Notes under the pieces: generated by a model | What the model was told of the DNA's origin: nothing | Database searches by the model: none | Seen by the model: the letters and a program-made list of their open reading frames with translations, nothing else | Program-made: the position numbers and the translations under genes | Virus record (IMG/VR): IMGVR_UViG_3300037961_006162 | Coordinates: 1-59,055 of that record | Reading direction: 5' to 3' (one strand) | DNA: 59,055 nucleotides | Source of the DNA: a virus | Lineage: Duplodnaviria; Caudoviricetes | In this document: positions 30,057-41,100 of the stretch, in pieces | Layout: every line of letters begins with the position of its first letter | How positions within the stretch are numbered: the stretch's first letter is position 1

Positions 30057-33000
30057 CTAAATCAATTCATCGGGAGTGTTTGGAATGTCGAGTCTAGGAT
30101 CATTACTGGTAACATCAGTACCAGATCTCTCAATTGCAGATGCAGGTGTAGTAACTGTAGCATCAATGCTCTCTTGTAGTGTATCATAAACTTGTACAAG
30201 TTGTCCAGCTGTTTCATAATATCCAGCAAAACGAACACCATCTTTATAGAAGACAGCACCATAATATGCACGACCATCAACATAACCAGTTTGTTTGAGA
30301 CCAACCAAATCAGTAACCTGAATAAGTTTATCTCTATCAACAACAATAGGATCTCTTATCACTTCAAATTGTGGTCTAAAGGTTGCATTAACACCTGGAG
30401 TTGGTTCCCCACCTTTTCCTTTCATTGTAATCGTAGGTGTAGAAGTAAATCCAAAACCTGGATTAGAAACAATCACTTGAGAAATTCTACCAAAAGTATC
30501 ACATTTATATTCCAATTCAGCACCATTGCTTGGTTCAATTACTAGTTCATCTTCTCCACAATTATAGTTAATGCCAGGAGTAATGATTTCAACGGTCTTT
30601 AGTTTCAATGCAACAGGATATCCTGGTTGCTCTGGAGGTAAATCTGGTGGAGGAGGAACTGGATATCCATTACCTGGATCCTCAACAATAACATCAATTA
30701 CAGTTCCTTTACCCCTAATAGTTTTGGGGCAAGGTGGAGGAATTAAAATTGCAGAAATTGCAAGTGGATTCTTAACCCAAGATACTGTCTTTCCTGTAGA
30801 AACTTTTATTTTCTTTTGAATAACAACAGCAAATCCAGAAGGATTATTTTTGAAAATATTGTCAGAATCTGCAGTATTTCCTGCTTCAACAACAATATCA
30901 TAAACACCCGCGTCCATGTTAAATCCATCTATAACAACATTACCATTAAATTGTTTGGCTGTTGCAACATGCACACCTCCAATGAAAAGTTTTGCAAAAT
31001 TATCTGCTTGGAATGCAATTTTATATTGACCATCTACTGGGAAATTAACATTTGACCATGTATATCGTTTCGTTGCATTAATTTCAGGATTATTTTGATC
31101 TATTGGTGGAAGATATGGAGAAACAGAGTGATTATTCATAAATGTACTCCATGCAGGATGTTTGAAATGGAAAATTTCTGGTCCTGTATAGGTTACATCA
31201 CCACCTTTTCTTGTTACCACTTTATTTGCATTTGAAGAGTGTGCAAAGTCAACCATAAATTTACATCTATTACCTCTAATATCAAAGAATCTACCCAGAC
31301 TTGAAGTTATAACAAGATCATTGTAATCACTGTCCTTAGAATCTTCCATTCTAATTACGTTGTTACCAGAATTTTTGAGTTTAGCTCTGGCACTCTGCCC
31401 TCCACTAACTTCAGTAGCATCTACATTAATAGTTTTAGTCACCTTTCCTGAGTTACCCGTCTGTCTAAATGCCTCACCAGCAACTTTAATGTTACCTACT
31501 GCTTTTCCATTTCGTGATTTATCATCATCCCATTCCAATTCAAGAGTAACAGTACCCTTACCCTTTACGATTAATTGAGACCCATCATTACTAAACCTTG
31601 CATAATCGGGTCCATCTTTTCTTAGGATTCTAAAAGACGCATCAGTATCCATTTGGAATTTTGAATCCGTAAATCTAATTCTACTATCCGAAACAGATTT
31701 AATAACGGCAAGAGGACCCCTACCTCTGCTTCCAGGTTCTGCTACCTCAATTGGTATTCCTTTTTGGACACTTCTAGAAGAACTAGTAGTACCACGAGTT
31801 TTAAAAATTACATCATATACTCTCCCAGTTTCTATTCTTCTTGTTCTTGACTCATTGAGTTGAGGTCCACCATGAGTTTTCCTAACAGCAAATTCACCAA
31901 CAAGTTCAACTCCATTTGCAAATTTTGCGCTAGTTGTTACTTGGAAATTAACATCGACAGTTTTAGCTCCAGTTGGTTTGGCTGCCTCTTGCCAATCTCT
32001 AGTTCTGAATATTTTAGCATCAACCCAAGTATACGTTTCAAATCTCTCTTGAGAAAGTTCTATGTTAATTGTGTGTTTTCCTTTTTTTATAAAAACTTTT
32101 TGTAACTTTGGTTTGTTTCTAAGATTTTTCCATATCGCATCACCTGCTGTTGTAACATCAAAAACTAAATTGCCATCAAGAAATATTCTTGCAGTCTCAT
32201 CTCTTTGTACGGCAAATTGATAAAATCCATCATACGGAGCATCTATCTCCCAAGTATTTGTCCAAAGGCGTCCACTACCGTCTGTATCTTCTTCTATTAA
32301 TGGAGGAACAGGAGAAATTGCATATCTACTCAAGAAATCAGACCATTTTGTTACCCCTGCAGCTGCCATAGCATCAGAATAATTAACTGGCCACCAACGG
32401 TCTTTAGCAGGATATCTTGTCGTCCAGAATGGATTAGGTGGACACTCATCTTCTGATGGTGGTATAGGTTCTTGTAAAATAGGGGGTAATGGAGCATCAA
32501 TAGTAACTGAAACTCCCATTGGATTATCATTCCATGGTGCTCTAGTAGGTACTTTTTTTGATACAAGTTTTGTTACTCTTGGCGCAACAACTCTAGTTCT
32601 AGAAGTTTCAGATACTGTTCCACCAGCCACTCTGACATTAGTGTCAATCTTAATAACTTCAGTGTCCTTTCCCTTCCTACCTCTTTGATTGAATTTTGCG
32701 CCAGCAACTTTGAGATTACCAACTGCCTTTCCATTCCGACCTGGATCATCCTTCCAACTCAATCGAAGTGTGATCGTACCACTACCTTTAACAACCAATT
32801 CTAGGTCGTTATCATTACTTCCTCTAAACTTTGCATACTGAATTCCAGGAGATGGGTTTAGAATTTCAAATTCTGCATCAGTATCATCCTGTGCTGCAAT
32901 TGGTTGAACTTTGCTGCTTGAATCCGTAAATTTAATTTTACGATCCGAAACAGATTTAACTCCAGCAAATTTACCCCTACCTCTGCTTTCACGTTCTGCA

Positions 33001-34730
33001 ACTTCAATTCGATATACTTTTTCTTCAGGTCTATTACTCCCTGGTATTGCTCCTCCAGCATCCGTAACTTGTATAGTTTCAGTTTCCTTGCCAGATTTAC
33101 CTTTCTGTGTCCAAGTTTTATTAGCAACACTGATGGATTCTACAGCAACATCATACTTAAAAGGATTATCATCCCATTCTAATCTGATAGTAACATTTCC
33201 ACTTCCTTGAACCTCAAGACTTCTTCCATCACTAGAAAATCTTGCATTGACCCCAGAAGAAGTTGAAATAATTCTAAATGTTGCATTAGCATCATTTTTA
33301 TCACTATCTTTTAATTCGATTCTTCTACCATTATCCTTAACTCTAATTGGATCATTTGATGGATTTAATCCTTTATAATCTATTGGATATGTTCTTGTAA
33401 CAGTATTAATAGTTTCTGTAACTTCTTCAGAAACAACAACTTCTTCTTGTATTTCTTTAAACTGTTGTCCATTTCTTAATGCTATTAAAATTCTATGAAC
33501 ACCTGCCTTATAATTTCTTTTTTTCTTTACTGGTTTTTGATTATATCCAGCAAGTGTCATTAATTTGTTATCAGAAGTAGCTTCCTCCCCATCTGGAAGA
33601 ATCCATAAATCTTTCACCTCACCATCACCACAACCTCTAATGGTGTAAATTCCATCATATGGGAAATCTTCTTCCCATTCAAATTGAAAATCAAATGTTC
33701 CAAAATCACTCCCAACAGCATTGGAAGGAGGAACTGGTGATACTGCATACTTATTCATAAAGTCATTCCAGATATGCCCTGCACCTATTGCGCCTTCCAG
33801 TCTACCTAGTGCTTTTTGTCTCGCTCTATACGGTCCATCTGTAACGTTAATCAAGGATCGACTATTATTATAACCTTTTGCTATTTTAGGACTTGAAGTA
33901 ACTTTTAAAGGTGCTTCTTTTTGTGTCGTCCACCAAGGTTTAGTTAGTTGCTGTAAAAATTCTTGATACTCTTTAATTTGTCTACGAATGGGATCCTCAT
34001 TTAAACTCGCATAAACTCTAGGATCCCATATACCAACAATACTACCATCTGTTGAAAATTTTGGAACAGCAGGTGCTTCATCAGAGACACACAATTGATA
34101 ATCTTCAAAATCTTCAAAAGCATCATAATATTGAAAACCCCTTGCAGATGATATGCCTATGATAGAACGTACTACAGATCCCACTCCTCGTCCACAATTA
34201 TCTTCTACTTTAGTTAATGGTGCATATTGATACCCATAACCACCACGAATAAGATCAACTGCCAGCAGAGATCCATCTGTTCCAACAATAGGATTGCCTT
34301 GAACACCAACTCCACCTCCACCAAAAAAATTAACTTTTAATGGTCCACACTTTTTATCTTTTTTGCCGGATGAAGAACCTCCAATAGATTCCCCATACAC
34401 AGATCTTGGTGATCGTGCAACTTGGTTCGTATCAAGAGAAAATAGATCACCAAGATCTAGATCAGAACTGGCTATGTCTAATTGAATACCTTCACATCCC
34501 AGTGTTCCAGAAGATCCAATCAGGTCATTAGGAGTTAATGCATTAACTTCATTAATGTTTAAATATTTTATACATTCCCTGGTTCTAAAAATAAAAGTTG
34601 TTCCAGGATTATTCTTGGCATGAAGATTGGCATCGCAAACTGTAAGTCCATCAATAAATCCACCATCGGGATCAATGTATCCGACTCTTATATCATCTTT
34701 TGTTGGTCTGCCAAAAATGTTAAACGCCAT
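30057..34730 (-). CDS. Large baseplate-associated protein with PA14-like and other repeated modules
   Basis: Three (F/A)P(Y/V)DG.Y PA14-like modules and three ~100-aa DA.F.I...L.L.W.D repeats; GG.GY wedge-type motifs at both ends. Confidence 0.65.
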   Translation of the reverse strand: MAFNIFGRPTKDDIRVGYIDPDGGFIDGLTVCDANLHAKNNPGTTFIFRTRECIKYLNINEVNALTPNDLIGSSGTLGCEGIQLDIASSDLDLGDLFSLDTNQVARSPRSVYGESIGGSSSGKKDKKCGPLKVNFFGGGGVGVQGNPIVGTDGSLLAVDLIRGGYGYQYAPLTKVEDNCGRGVGSVVRSIIGISSARGFQYYDAFEDFEDYQLCVSDEAPAVPKFSTDGSIVGIWDPRVYASLNEDPIRRQIKEYQEFLQQLTKPWWTTQKEAPLKVTSSPKIAKGYNNSRSLINVTDGPYRARQKALGRLEGAIGAGHIWNDFMNKYAVSPVPPSNAVGSDFGTFDFQFEWEEDFPYDGIYTIRGCGDGEVKDLWILPDGEEATSDNKLMTLAGYNQKPVKKKRNYKAGVHRILIALRNGQQFKEIQEEVVVSEEVTETINTVTRTYPIDYKGLNPSNDPIRVKDNGRRIELKDSDKNDANATFRIISTSSGVNARFSSDGRSLEVQGSGNVTIRLEWDDNPFKYDVAVESISVANKTWTQKGKSGKETETIQVTDAGGAIPGSNRPEEKVYRIEVAERESRGRGKFAGVKSVSDRKIKFTDSSSKVQPIAAQDDTDAEFEILNPSPGIQYAKFRGSNDNDLELVVKGSGTITLRLSWKDDPGRNGKAVGNLKVAGAKFNQRGRKGKDTEVIKIDTNVRVAGGTVSETSRTRVVAPRVTKLVSKKVPTRAPWNDNPMGVSVTIDAPLPPILQEPIPPSEDECPPNPFWTTRYPAKDRWWPVNYSDAMAAAGVTKWSDFLSRYAISPVPPLIEEDTDGSGRLWTNTWEIDAPYDGFYQFAVQRDETARIFLDGNLVFDVTTAGDAIWKNLRNKPKLQKVFIKKGKHTINIELSQERFETYTWVDAKIFRTRDWQEAAKPTGAKTVDVNFQVTTSAKFANGVELVGEFAVRKTHGGPQLNESRTRRIETGRVYDVIFKTRGTTSSSRSVQKGIPIEVAEPGSRGRGPLAVIKSVSDSRIRFTDSKFQMDTDASFRILRKDGPDYARFSNDGSQLIVKGKGTVTLELEWDDDKSRNGKAVGNIKVAGEAFRQTGNSGKVTKTINVDATEVSGGQSARAKLKNSGNNVIRMEDSKDSDYNDLVITSSLGRFFDIRGNRCKFMVDFAHSSNANKVVTRKGGDVTYTGPEIFHFKHPAWSTFMNNHSVSPYLPPIDQNNPEINATKRYTWSNVNFPVDGQYKIAFQADNFAKLFIGGVHVATAKQFNGNVVIDGFNMDAGVYDIVVEAGNTADSDNIFKNNPSGFAVVIQKKIKVSTGKTVSWVKNPLAISAILIPPPCPKTIRGKGTVIDVIVEDPGNGYPVPPPPDLPPEQPGYPVALKLKTVEIITPGINYNCGEDELVIEPSNGAELEYKCDTFGRISQVIVSNPGFGFTSTPTITMKGKGGEPTPGVNATFRPQFEVIRDPIVVDRDKLIQVTDLVGLKQTGYVDGRAYYGAVFYKDGVRFAGYYETAGQLVQVYDTLQESIDATVTTPASAIERSGTDVTSNDPRLDIPNTPDELI

Positions 34731-34752
34731 TATTTACAAATTGCCGTAATAA

Positions 34753-34759
34753 TATTTAT
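34753..34759 (-). promoter_or_regulatory. T4-like late promoter (ATAAATA)
   Basis: Upstream of 34730. Confidence 0.6.
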
Positions 34760-34792
34760 CTAATATTTTGATGATAATTTTTTTATATTCTA

Positions 34793-36586
34793 TCAATATA
34801 ATTCTAAATCTGCTTCCTCTTTTGATGGTCGAGCGAATGGAATTTCATCAGATGGTTTCACGTTAGGTTTTGCTTGACCTGCTGCATCATCAACTGATTT
34901 TTCACTAGGAGTTTGAGAATCTGGTTGAGAAGCACCACCATTTGCAAAAACATAAAAATCTGAAACAGCGACATTAGGTTTCAATTCACATCCAAATATA
35001 TCGAGAGACATGTTTGAAAATGAGAGTGCAGAAGTAACACTGCCATTAATTTCAGGTACTAATCCTTTAATATTTTCAAGATAGTCTGCTACTCCTGCCA
35101 TTTGATTTTGCATATCATCAAGAAAACCATTAATATTATCTAAAATAGAATTGTTTGCATCATCAATTTCATCTTTATTAAAAGCAATTACTTTTCCAAC
35201 TATACTTTCAGCAGCACACATGGGAACAAATGGTGCAGTAGCATTGGTTTCGCCATTTAAGTTTTCTAATGCCCTATCTTCTACTTCATCCATTGGAACT
35301 TTATTTCCATTAGAATCTCTAGCTTGCAATGCATCATCTAGAAGAGATTGAATTAGTCCACAAAGAGCTCCTGTCATCTTTCCATAAAGACAAAGAACCA
35401 ATTCAGTAATAATTTCTTTCATGTCCGAAAACATAAATCTCATGTTAGAAGGCATTGCTGAAACTGCGCTTGTTAAGGCTGCATTCAACTTCTTTAAGAC
35501 AAATTCCATCATCTTATCCATAATAATTTTCATATACTTAGCAATTTGGCAAGCAGCATCACTAATAAGTTTTTTTATATCGGATATAGTGTTTGATACT
35601 GCATCAATATAACTTCCAAGAGCACTAAGATACTTATTAATTTTTTGAGTTAACTCATCCATAACAGTTTGGATTGCTTTAATTGCTGATCGAACCTTAT
35701 CATTTCCAGGTTTCATTACAACAATTTTTTCTTGATACTTATCCTCTCTCTTTACATCAGAAGCACTTATTTCATGAACTGCATCTGGGTTTTCTTTTGT
35801 TGCCCCAGGTTGTGATGGAGCACTAGCAGAATTTGCCTGAGAACATCTGTTTTTAATGCCAGTAGCAACTGCTTGTTTTATTTCATCAGCAATGATTTGT
35901 GCAGTTTCTGCTTCGGTTAAATCCTCAAATTCTCCAGAATTTATTCTGTCTGCAAGTTCTGCTTTTTTAGATTCAATATCTGCTCTTTGTTGTTGAGTGG
36001 GACTACCTACCAATCCATACTTGTTAAGTGGAACTCCTGGTGGTGGAGGAGCACATTCATTTACTTGTTGTTGAGTTTTTGGTTTAGTGACTACTAGTGC
36101 TTCATCAGGAACTTGTTCTTTAGCAGGACCTTTTGGCTCTTTTCCCTCAGCAAATCCACTAGTTGCTGCAAAGTTAGAGTCATTATTGCCAATTTGAGTC
36201 TTTAATGCAGTTTGTGCATTATTACCAAGAACTCCCATAATAACAGGAACTTGTTGATCCTGACCATCTAAAAAGAATCCAAAGACAAAATTACCTTGTC
36301 TAAGATTTGGAGTTTGTTTTGAATTAGTCTGTCCACCACCTGCAGTGATGGGATACATCACTTGGGCCCAGGGAAGTTGATCTGATGGAATGGTCTCTTC
36401 TTCTTTATCGTGAAGACCTATGATTCTTACTTTATATCTTCTACCCCAACCAGGAATACTATTTTTATTTTCAAATTTACCGGAAAGAATATTATCTCTC
36501 CAAGTAGAATCGTCGGCAATTTGTCCTACCCACCATAGGAAACTACCGCCCAAAAATCCTGGATTAAATAATGCTCCGCCTTCCAT
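34793..36586 (-). CDS. gp5: Baseplate hub gp5-like protein (OB-fold; no lysozyme domain seen)
   Basis: WWVGQI...RYKVRIIGLH...LPWAQV...FVFGFFLDG..Q.PVIMG is the gp5 N-terminal signature. Confidence 0.82.
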   Translation of the reverse strand: MEGGALFNPGFLGGSFLWWVGQIADDSTWRDNILSGKFENKNSIPGWGRRYKVRIIGLHDKEEETIPSDQLPWAQVMYPITAGGGQTNSKQTPNLRQGNFVFGFFLDGQDQQVPVIMGVLGNNAQTALKTQIGNNDSNFAATSGFAEGKEPKGPAKEQVPDEALVVTKPKTQQQVNECAPPPPGVPLNKYGLVGSPTQQQRADIESKKAELADRINSGEFEDLTEAETAQIIADEIKQAVATGIKNRCSQANSASAPSQPGATKENPDAVHEISASDVKREDKYQEKIVVMKPGNDKVRSAIKAIQTVMDELTQKINKYLSALGSYIDAVSNTISDIKKLISDAACQIAKYMKIIMDKMMEFVLKKLNAALTSAVSAMPSNMRFMFSDMKEIITELVLCLYGKMTGALCGLIQSLLDDALQARDSNGNKVPMDEVEDRALENLNGETNATAPFVPMCAAESIVGKVIAFNKDEIDDANNSILDNINGFLDDMQNQMAGVADYLENIKGLVPEINGSVTSALSFSNMSLDIFGCELKPNVAVSDFYVFANGGASQPDSQTPSEKSVDDAAGQAKPNVKPSDEIPFARPSKEEADLELY

Positions 36587-36592
36587 GTATTA

Positions 36593-36811
36593 TCAGTCTT
36601 CGTAAATTCTACATTCGTCTGCTTCTGGATTCTCATCACAGTACATTTCAAATGCTGTTGGATCGTGATCTTCATCAGGATGCGCTGCCTGATACTTCTC
36701 AAGATGATCTAACTCGTCTGCTACATGACGACGCATCTGTGGAGATAGAGTTCCTTTCTCCAGCATATCTTTGTCGTCATTAATATGTTGTTGAATGCTT
36801 CTGTCTGTCAT
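36593..36811 (-). CDS. cp12: CP12 Calvin-cycle inhibitor (auxiliary metabolic gene)
   Basis: C-terminal FEMYCDENPEADECRIYED is the CP12 motif; N-terminal Cys pair absent, as in marine picocyanobacterial/phage CP12. Confidence 0.9.
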   Translation of the reverse strand: MTDRSIQQHINDDKDMLEKGTLSPQMRRHVADELDHLEKYQAAHPDEDHDPTAFEMYCDENPEADECRIYED

Positions 36812-38166
36812 AATGGAATACTTCCTGAACTATGATTACCTTTTCTTCCAAAAGAATCTCTAACAAGATTTAATTTTGTATATGTTTCTTTTGGAGAAAT
36901 GAAATGACATAAATCTGCTATAATATATAGACCACCACTGTCCTTACTTACTTCATCAGTTTTTACATCAGGTTTTAGTTCTGGCGAATCAAGAAAGATA
37001 ACATCACCAGCATGTAAAGAAAAATCTCCAGGAATTGTGATGGTTGATTTTTGAGCAAACAATTGGCCATATCTCATAATCGATTGATTTAGAATATCTT
37101 TCGGTTGAAAATTTTCTTCTGTTGCTTTTTTTAATTGTTCTTGATCTTTACCAGTGCCGCTACCAGTAGGTAAAGATCCTTTATCAAGAAGCATATATGT
37201 AGTTCTAGAAAATTCTTTGTTTCTCCCTTCTCGTTCGAATTCCTTATTCAATACTGGCAAATCTTTTCCTGCAGTTTTGTAAGAGGATTTTTTTTGTTCT
37301 GCAGTGGGTGTAATGACTTCATAATAACAACTAAAAGGATCAAACAAAACAGTTCTTGTGGAGAAAGCACCCATTTGCAATTTATTTTGAACATTCACAG
37401 CATTATCTTTTTTAAAATCAAGTGCCTTTAAATCATAACCTTTAGGAGTTTTTTGACCACGGCCGTCTGGTGATTGGTTGAAAATGATTGATTTCTTTTT
37501 TTCTTGAGCAAGTAACCCGTCAATAGATTTGAAGAAAAATCCATTATAGGTTTCATAGAAAAAGTAACCTGCACTATCACCTTGCTTTTGATTCTTTGCA
37601 GAGACTGATTTTTTAGATAACCAATTCATCACATAATATGGTTTACGATTATTACCAATAAAATTATAATTATTTGAAGTTTCTTCAACATCTACTTTTT
37701 TTTCTGTTCCAAGATAGTTTGGATCAGTTAATATTTTTTTTATATGCTCAGATATCTTTCCATCAAACCTTTCATTTAGTCTAACTTTTTCATTCATTAT
37801 AAATTCTTTTGAAGTTAAGTCAAGTTGCACCATAGATTTAGTTGTATCATTACTCATTGGAGTAACTTTATTTACATATAAAGTCATCTTCAATTTATTT
37901 TCATTGTTATCATGAAATTCAACACCTACTTTCTCTTGACCTACAATAGGAAGGCCCTCTAATGCAGTTTTATCATTAATTGCATTTCCAGTATCAGCAA
38001 AAGTAACTGTTGCCCTCACAGAATCTTGAAGAATACTTTCATAGTAAAGCAATCCAGTTATACCACCAACAACACTTACCGTATCCCCTTGATTTTTATT
38101 TGATATAATATCAAGTTGATTGATATGAGATGGTTCTGCAGATTTTGATGTGATTTGATTTGCCAT
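36808..38166 (-). CDS. Baseplate hub protein (gp27-like)
   Basis: YYESIL, GYFFYET..GFFFKSID.L, IPGDFSLHAGD...SGGLYII..LCH; directly upstream of gp5. Confidence 0.65.
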   Translation of the reverse strand: MANQITSKSAEPSHINQLDIISNKNQGDTVSVVGGITGLLYYESILQDSVRATVTFADTGNAINDKTALEGLPIVGQEKVGVEFHDNNENKLKMTLYVNKVTPMSNDTTKSMVQLDLTSKEFIMNEKVRLNERFDGKISEHIKKILTDPNYLGTEKKVDVEETSNNYNFIGNNRKPYYVMNWLSKKSVSAKNQKQGDSAGYFFYETYNGFFFKSIDGLLAQEKKKSIIFNQSPDGRGQKTPKGYDLKALDFKKDNAVNVQNKLQMGAFSTRTVLFDPFSCYYEVITPTAEQKKSSYKTAGKDLPVLNKEFEREGRNKEFSRTTYMLLDKGSLPTGSGTGKDQEQLKKATEENFQPKDILNQSIMRYGQLFAQKSTITIPGDFSLHAGDVIFLDSPELKPDVKTDEVSKDSGGLYIIADLCHFISPKETYTKLNLVRDSFGRKGNHSSGSIPL

Positions 38167-38189
38167 TTGATATAACCTCTTAATTATAT

Positions 38190-41100
38190 TTAACCACCTT
38201 GATAAAGAGCTTCAAATGGATCATCATCACTACCACCACCAAAAGACATAGGTGCCATAGCCATAGATGATTCATCAGATTCAAACGAATCTCCCTCTTC
38301 TACATCATCAGCAGATACAAATACTTCATCAGGCGGTCCAAATCCATATTCATTGATAGATTGTAACACACTTGCCAACTGTTGCCTGCTATCTGCACCA
38401 ATAATTGCAGGCAAAATGCCTGGAGCCATCTCATTCAAATATTGAGTGATTTTACTACCAACAACACCTTCAGGTTTCCCACTCTCACCAAGAATAGCAG
38501 GCGTCATTCTATTAATTATACCACCCTCATCCATTAATCTCACACCAGCAAACCAATTTGTTCCAGCATATGAATCCCAGTGATTTCTATATTGCCATCC
38601 ACCTCTCGTACTATGATCATATTGTTTTGTTAATCCATCATTAGCAGCAATGCCCACATGAGTAATTGCATGTTTATTATATTTTCCACTAGAAGTTGTT
38701 TGTCTCCATAAAATAATATCGCCGGCTTTAATCTGTGATTTATTACGAATGATTTGTCCCAAATCACTTCCACCAAAAGATGCAGCAGCTTCCTGACCCC
38801 TGGTCCAAGAACTAGCTACTGGTATATCCAGATCACCTTTTTTTGTAGTTTTTCCTCCACCACCTTTAAAAGTTAATCCAAATTCTTTTAGACCACCAGC
38901 CGCAAGAGCACTTCTAGTTGTCCTTGCACAACCATTGGCTACACCATTTTCCTGTCCCAATATTTTTTTAGCACCAGCAAGAATTTTGGCTGCTTTTGGA
39001 CTACCATCCCCAGATAATCTTGCATCACCAATATCACCACCACTAGATGATGTTACATCAATCGATCCAATATCTCTTTCACTTCCAGTAATACCAGAAT
39101 ACTGATTCAACAATCTCCTAAGAGCTTGAGCATATGCAGGATCAGTAGCATATCCCTCTGCTCTCAATTGATCAGCGGCTGCAAGAGCAGACGGTGCATT
39201 GTTTACACCCTTGTATCCTTTATAATCTTTATACCACTCAGTTACTAAGTGATTAACAGCTCCCTGTGGTTCGTTAAAATTCTTAAACCTTTCATCAAGA
39301 AATACATCCTTACCATTGATTACTTCTCTTGTTCTAGAAACCGTTACATCAGTGTCAGATGCAGTTGCTTTGATACCAAAGAAGTTATTTCTAGCAGCCA
39401 GTTTAGTTCCCCAACCTGACTCTAATGCAAATTGTGCTGCTACCAATTCTGGATATCCTGCTCCTGCCTTTTGACCCATCGCATAAAATGCTTTCCACTT
39501 TTCTTTATTAGTGCCGGTTACAGCGCCCATTGAACCGCCAGAAGAAGCAGAAGAAAAATCTGATAACATTGATGTGTTTACAGATTGGCCTGTTTTTCTT
39601 GCTTCTTTTGCAATATCGCTCAGACTCTTATCAGCACTTTTTTTAATACTTTTTTCAAAAGTACTCCCAACCCATTTAGTAATATCACCACCTTCGGTTG
39701 TGGCAAATATAGATTGAACATCTACCATACCTCCATTTGCAAAGGCAGCAGCAAGACCTCCACTTAATGTCCCATCACTCAATCCTCTTGATATTAACTG
39801 ATTAATACCAAGTCCAACATTTTCATAATCCTTTCGTTCTGGTTTTTTTCCTGTTAATATTTTAGCAGTTATTGCAAGAATAGGTCCAAAGTAATCAGTT
39901 TTCCCTAAATTTTTTCCGGTTTGTTTAATAGTACCAAGAGGACCTGCACCCGAAGATTTTGGTTTTGAGAATAATCCAAGTATTTTACTCTCACCACCAA
40001 CATCTATTCCTGGATTATCAAATTTAACTTCTCCAGGTTTTCTAACTACCTTTCTCTTATATCTAAATTTAGAAACAGACCTTCTTGGCCCAGTTCGGCC
40101 ACCAGAACCACCGCCACGATACCCCATTCCTTTGGTTCCCTTTTCGCCATAAAGACTTCCCCAGGAACCTTTTTTATCAAGTCCATCTGCCCAGTCTTTC
40201 TTACCAACAAGTCTTAGCAGAGGACTTAAAAATCCGGCAAAATGTTCTCGAATACCATCTCTAATTCTTGCATCAAACTTTGCAAGATTCTTTGCTTGTT
40301 TAATTTTATCCTCATCACTTAAGAAAGGATATCGAATTAATTCAATAGCATATCTAAATGGAGCACCAAGAATGTCTAAAGTGACTCCAATACCATTTAA
40401 CATCCAATTCCCGAATCTCAAAAATGGCATAACAAAAGCAGAGGTTGCCATTTTAAATGTTCGTGTTATAGGATTGGGATCTTTTTTTGCTCCCTCACCA
40501 AATTCATGTACCTTTTTCTCAAAACCTTGCGATGCTTTCTTGACTTGGAAAGATCCTTCTCCCAGTGCGGATGCAAGTAAACCTACCCCACCAACAATTG
40601 CAGCAGCAGTTCCAACAGTAAGACCAGTACCTTTGGCAGCAACACCAGTTAGCTTGCTAGTTAGAGTTTTTGCAGCTAATTTCTTTTTTAATTTGTTGCC
40701 AATAAAATCTGTAATAATATCACCAAGGCCACCACCACTATCACCCATGGATGACGTGGCAATTGATGCAGCAATAGCAACTGTGACTAATGTTTGAACT
40801 GTACCAAGAAACTTATCAAATGTTTTTGCAGCATTTTCTCCACCAAAAGTTTTTAATGCGTTTTTGGTAAAATCAATTGCTTTATATCCCCAATCAATAA
40901 ATGTAACTAACCCATTCAGAACTTTTCCACCAACATCAATAACAAAGTCAGCAGCATTTCCAAGAAACTTCAGTAATGGTTTTATTTTTGGTAGATATTT
41001 TATCAACCTTATGGCAAAGTATCCAAGTATTATATTACCAATAAAGTTTTTAATCCAACCCAAAAACCCCATCCTTGGAAGTTTTGGTGTTTTGATTTTA

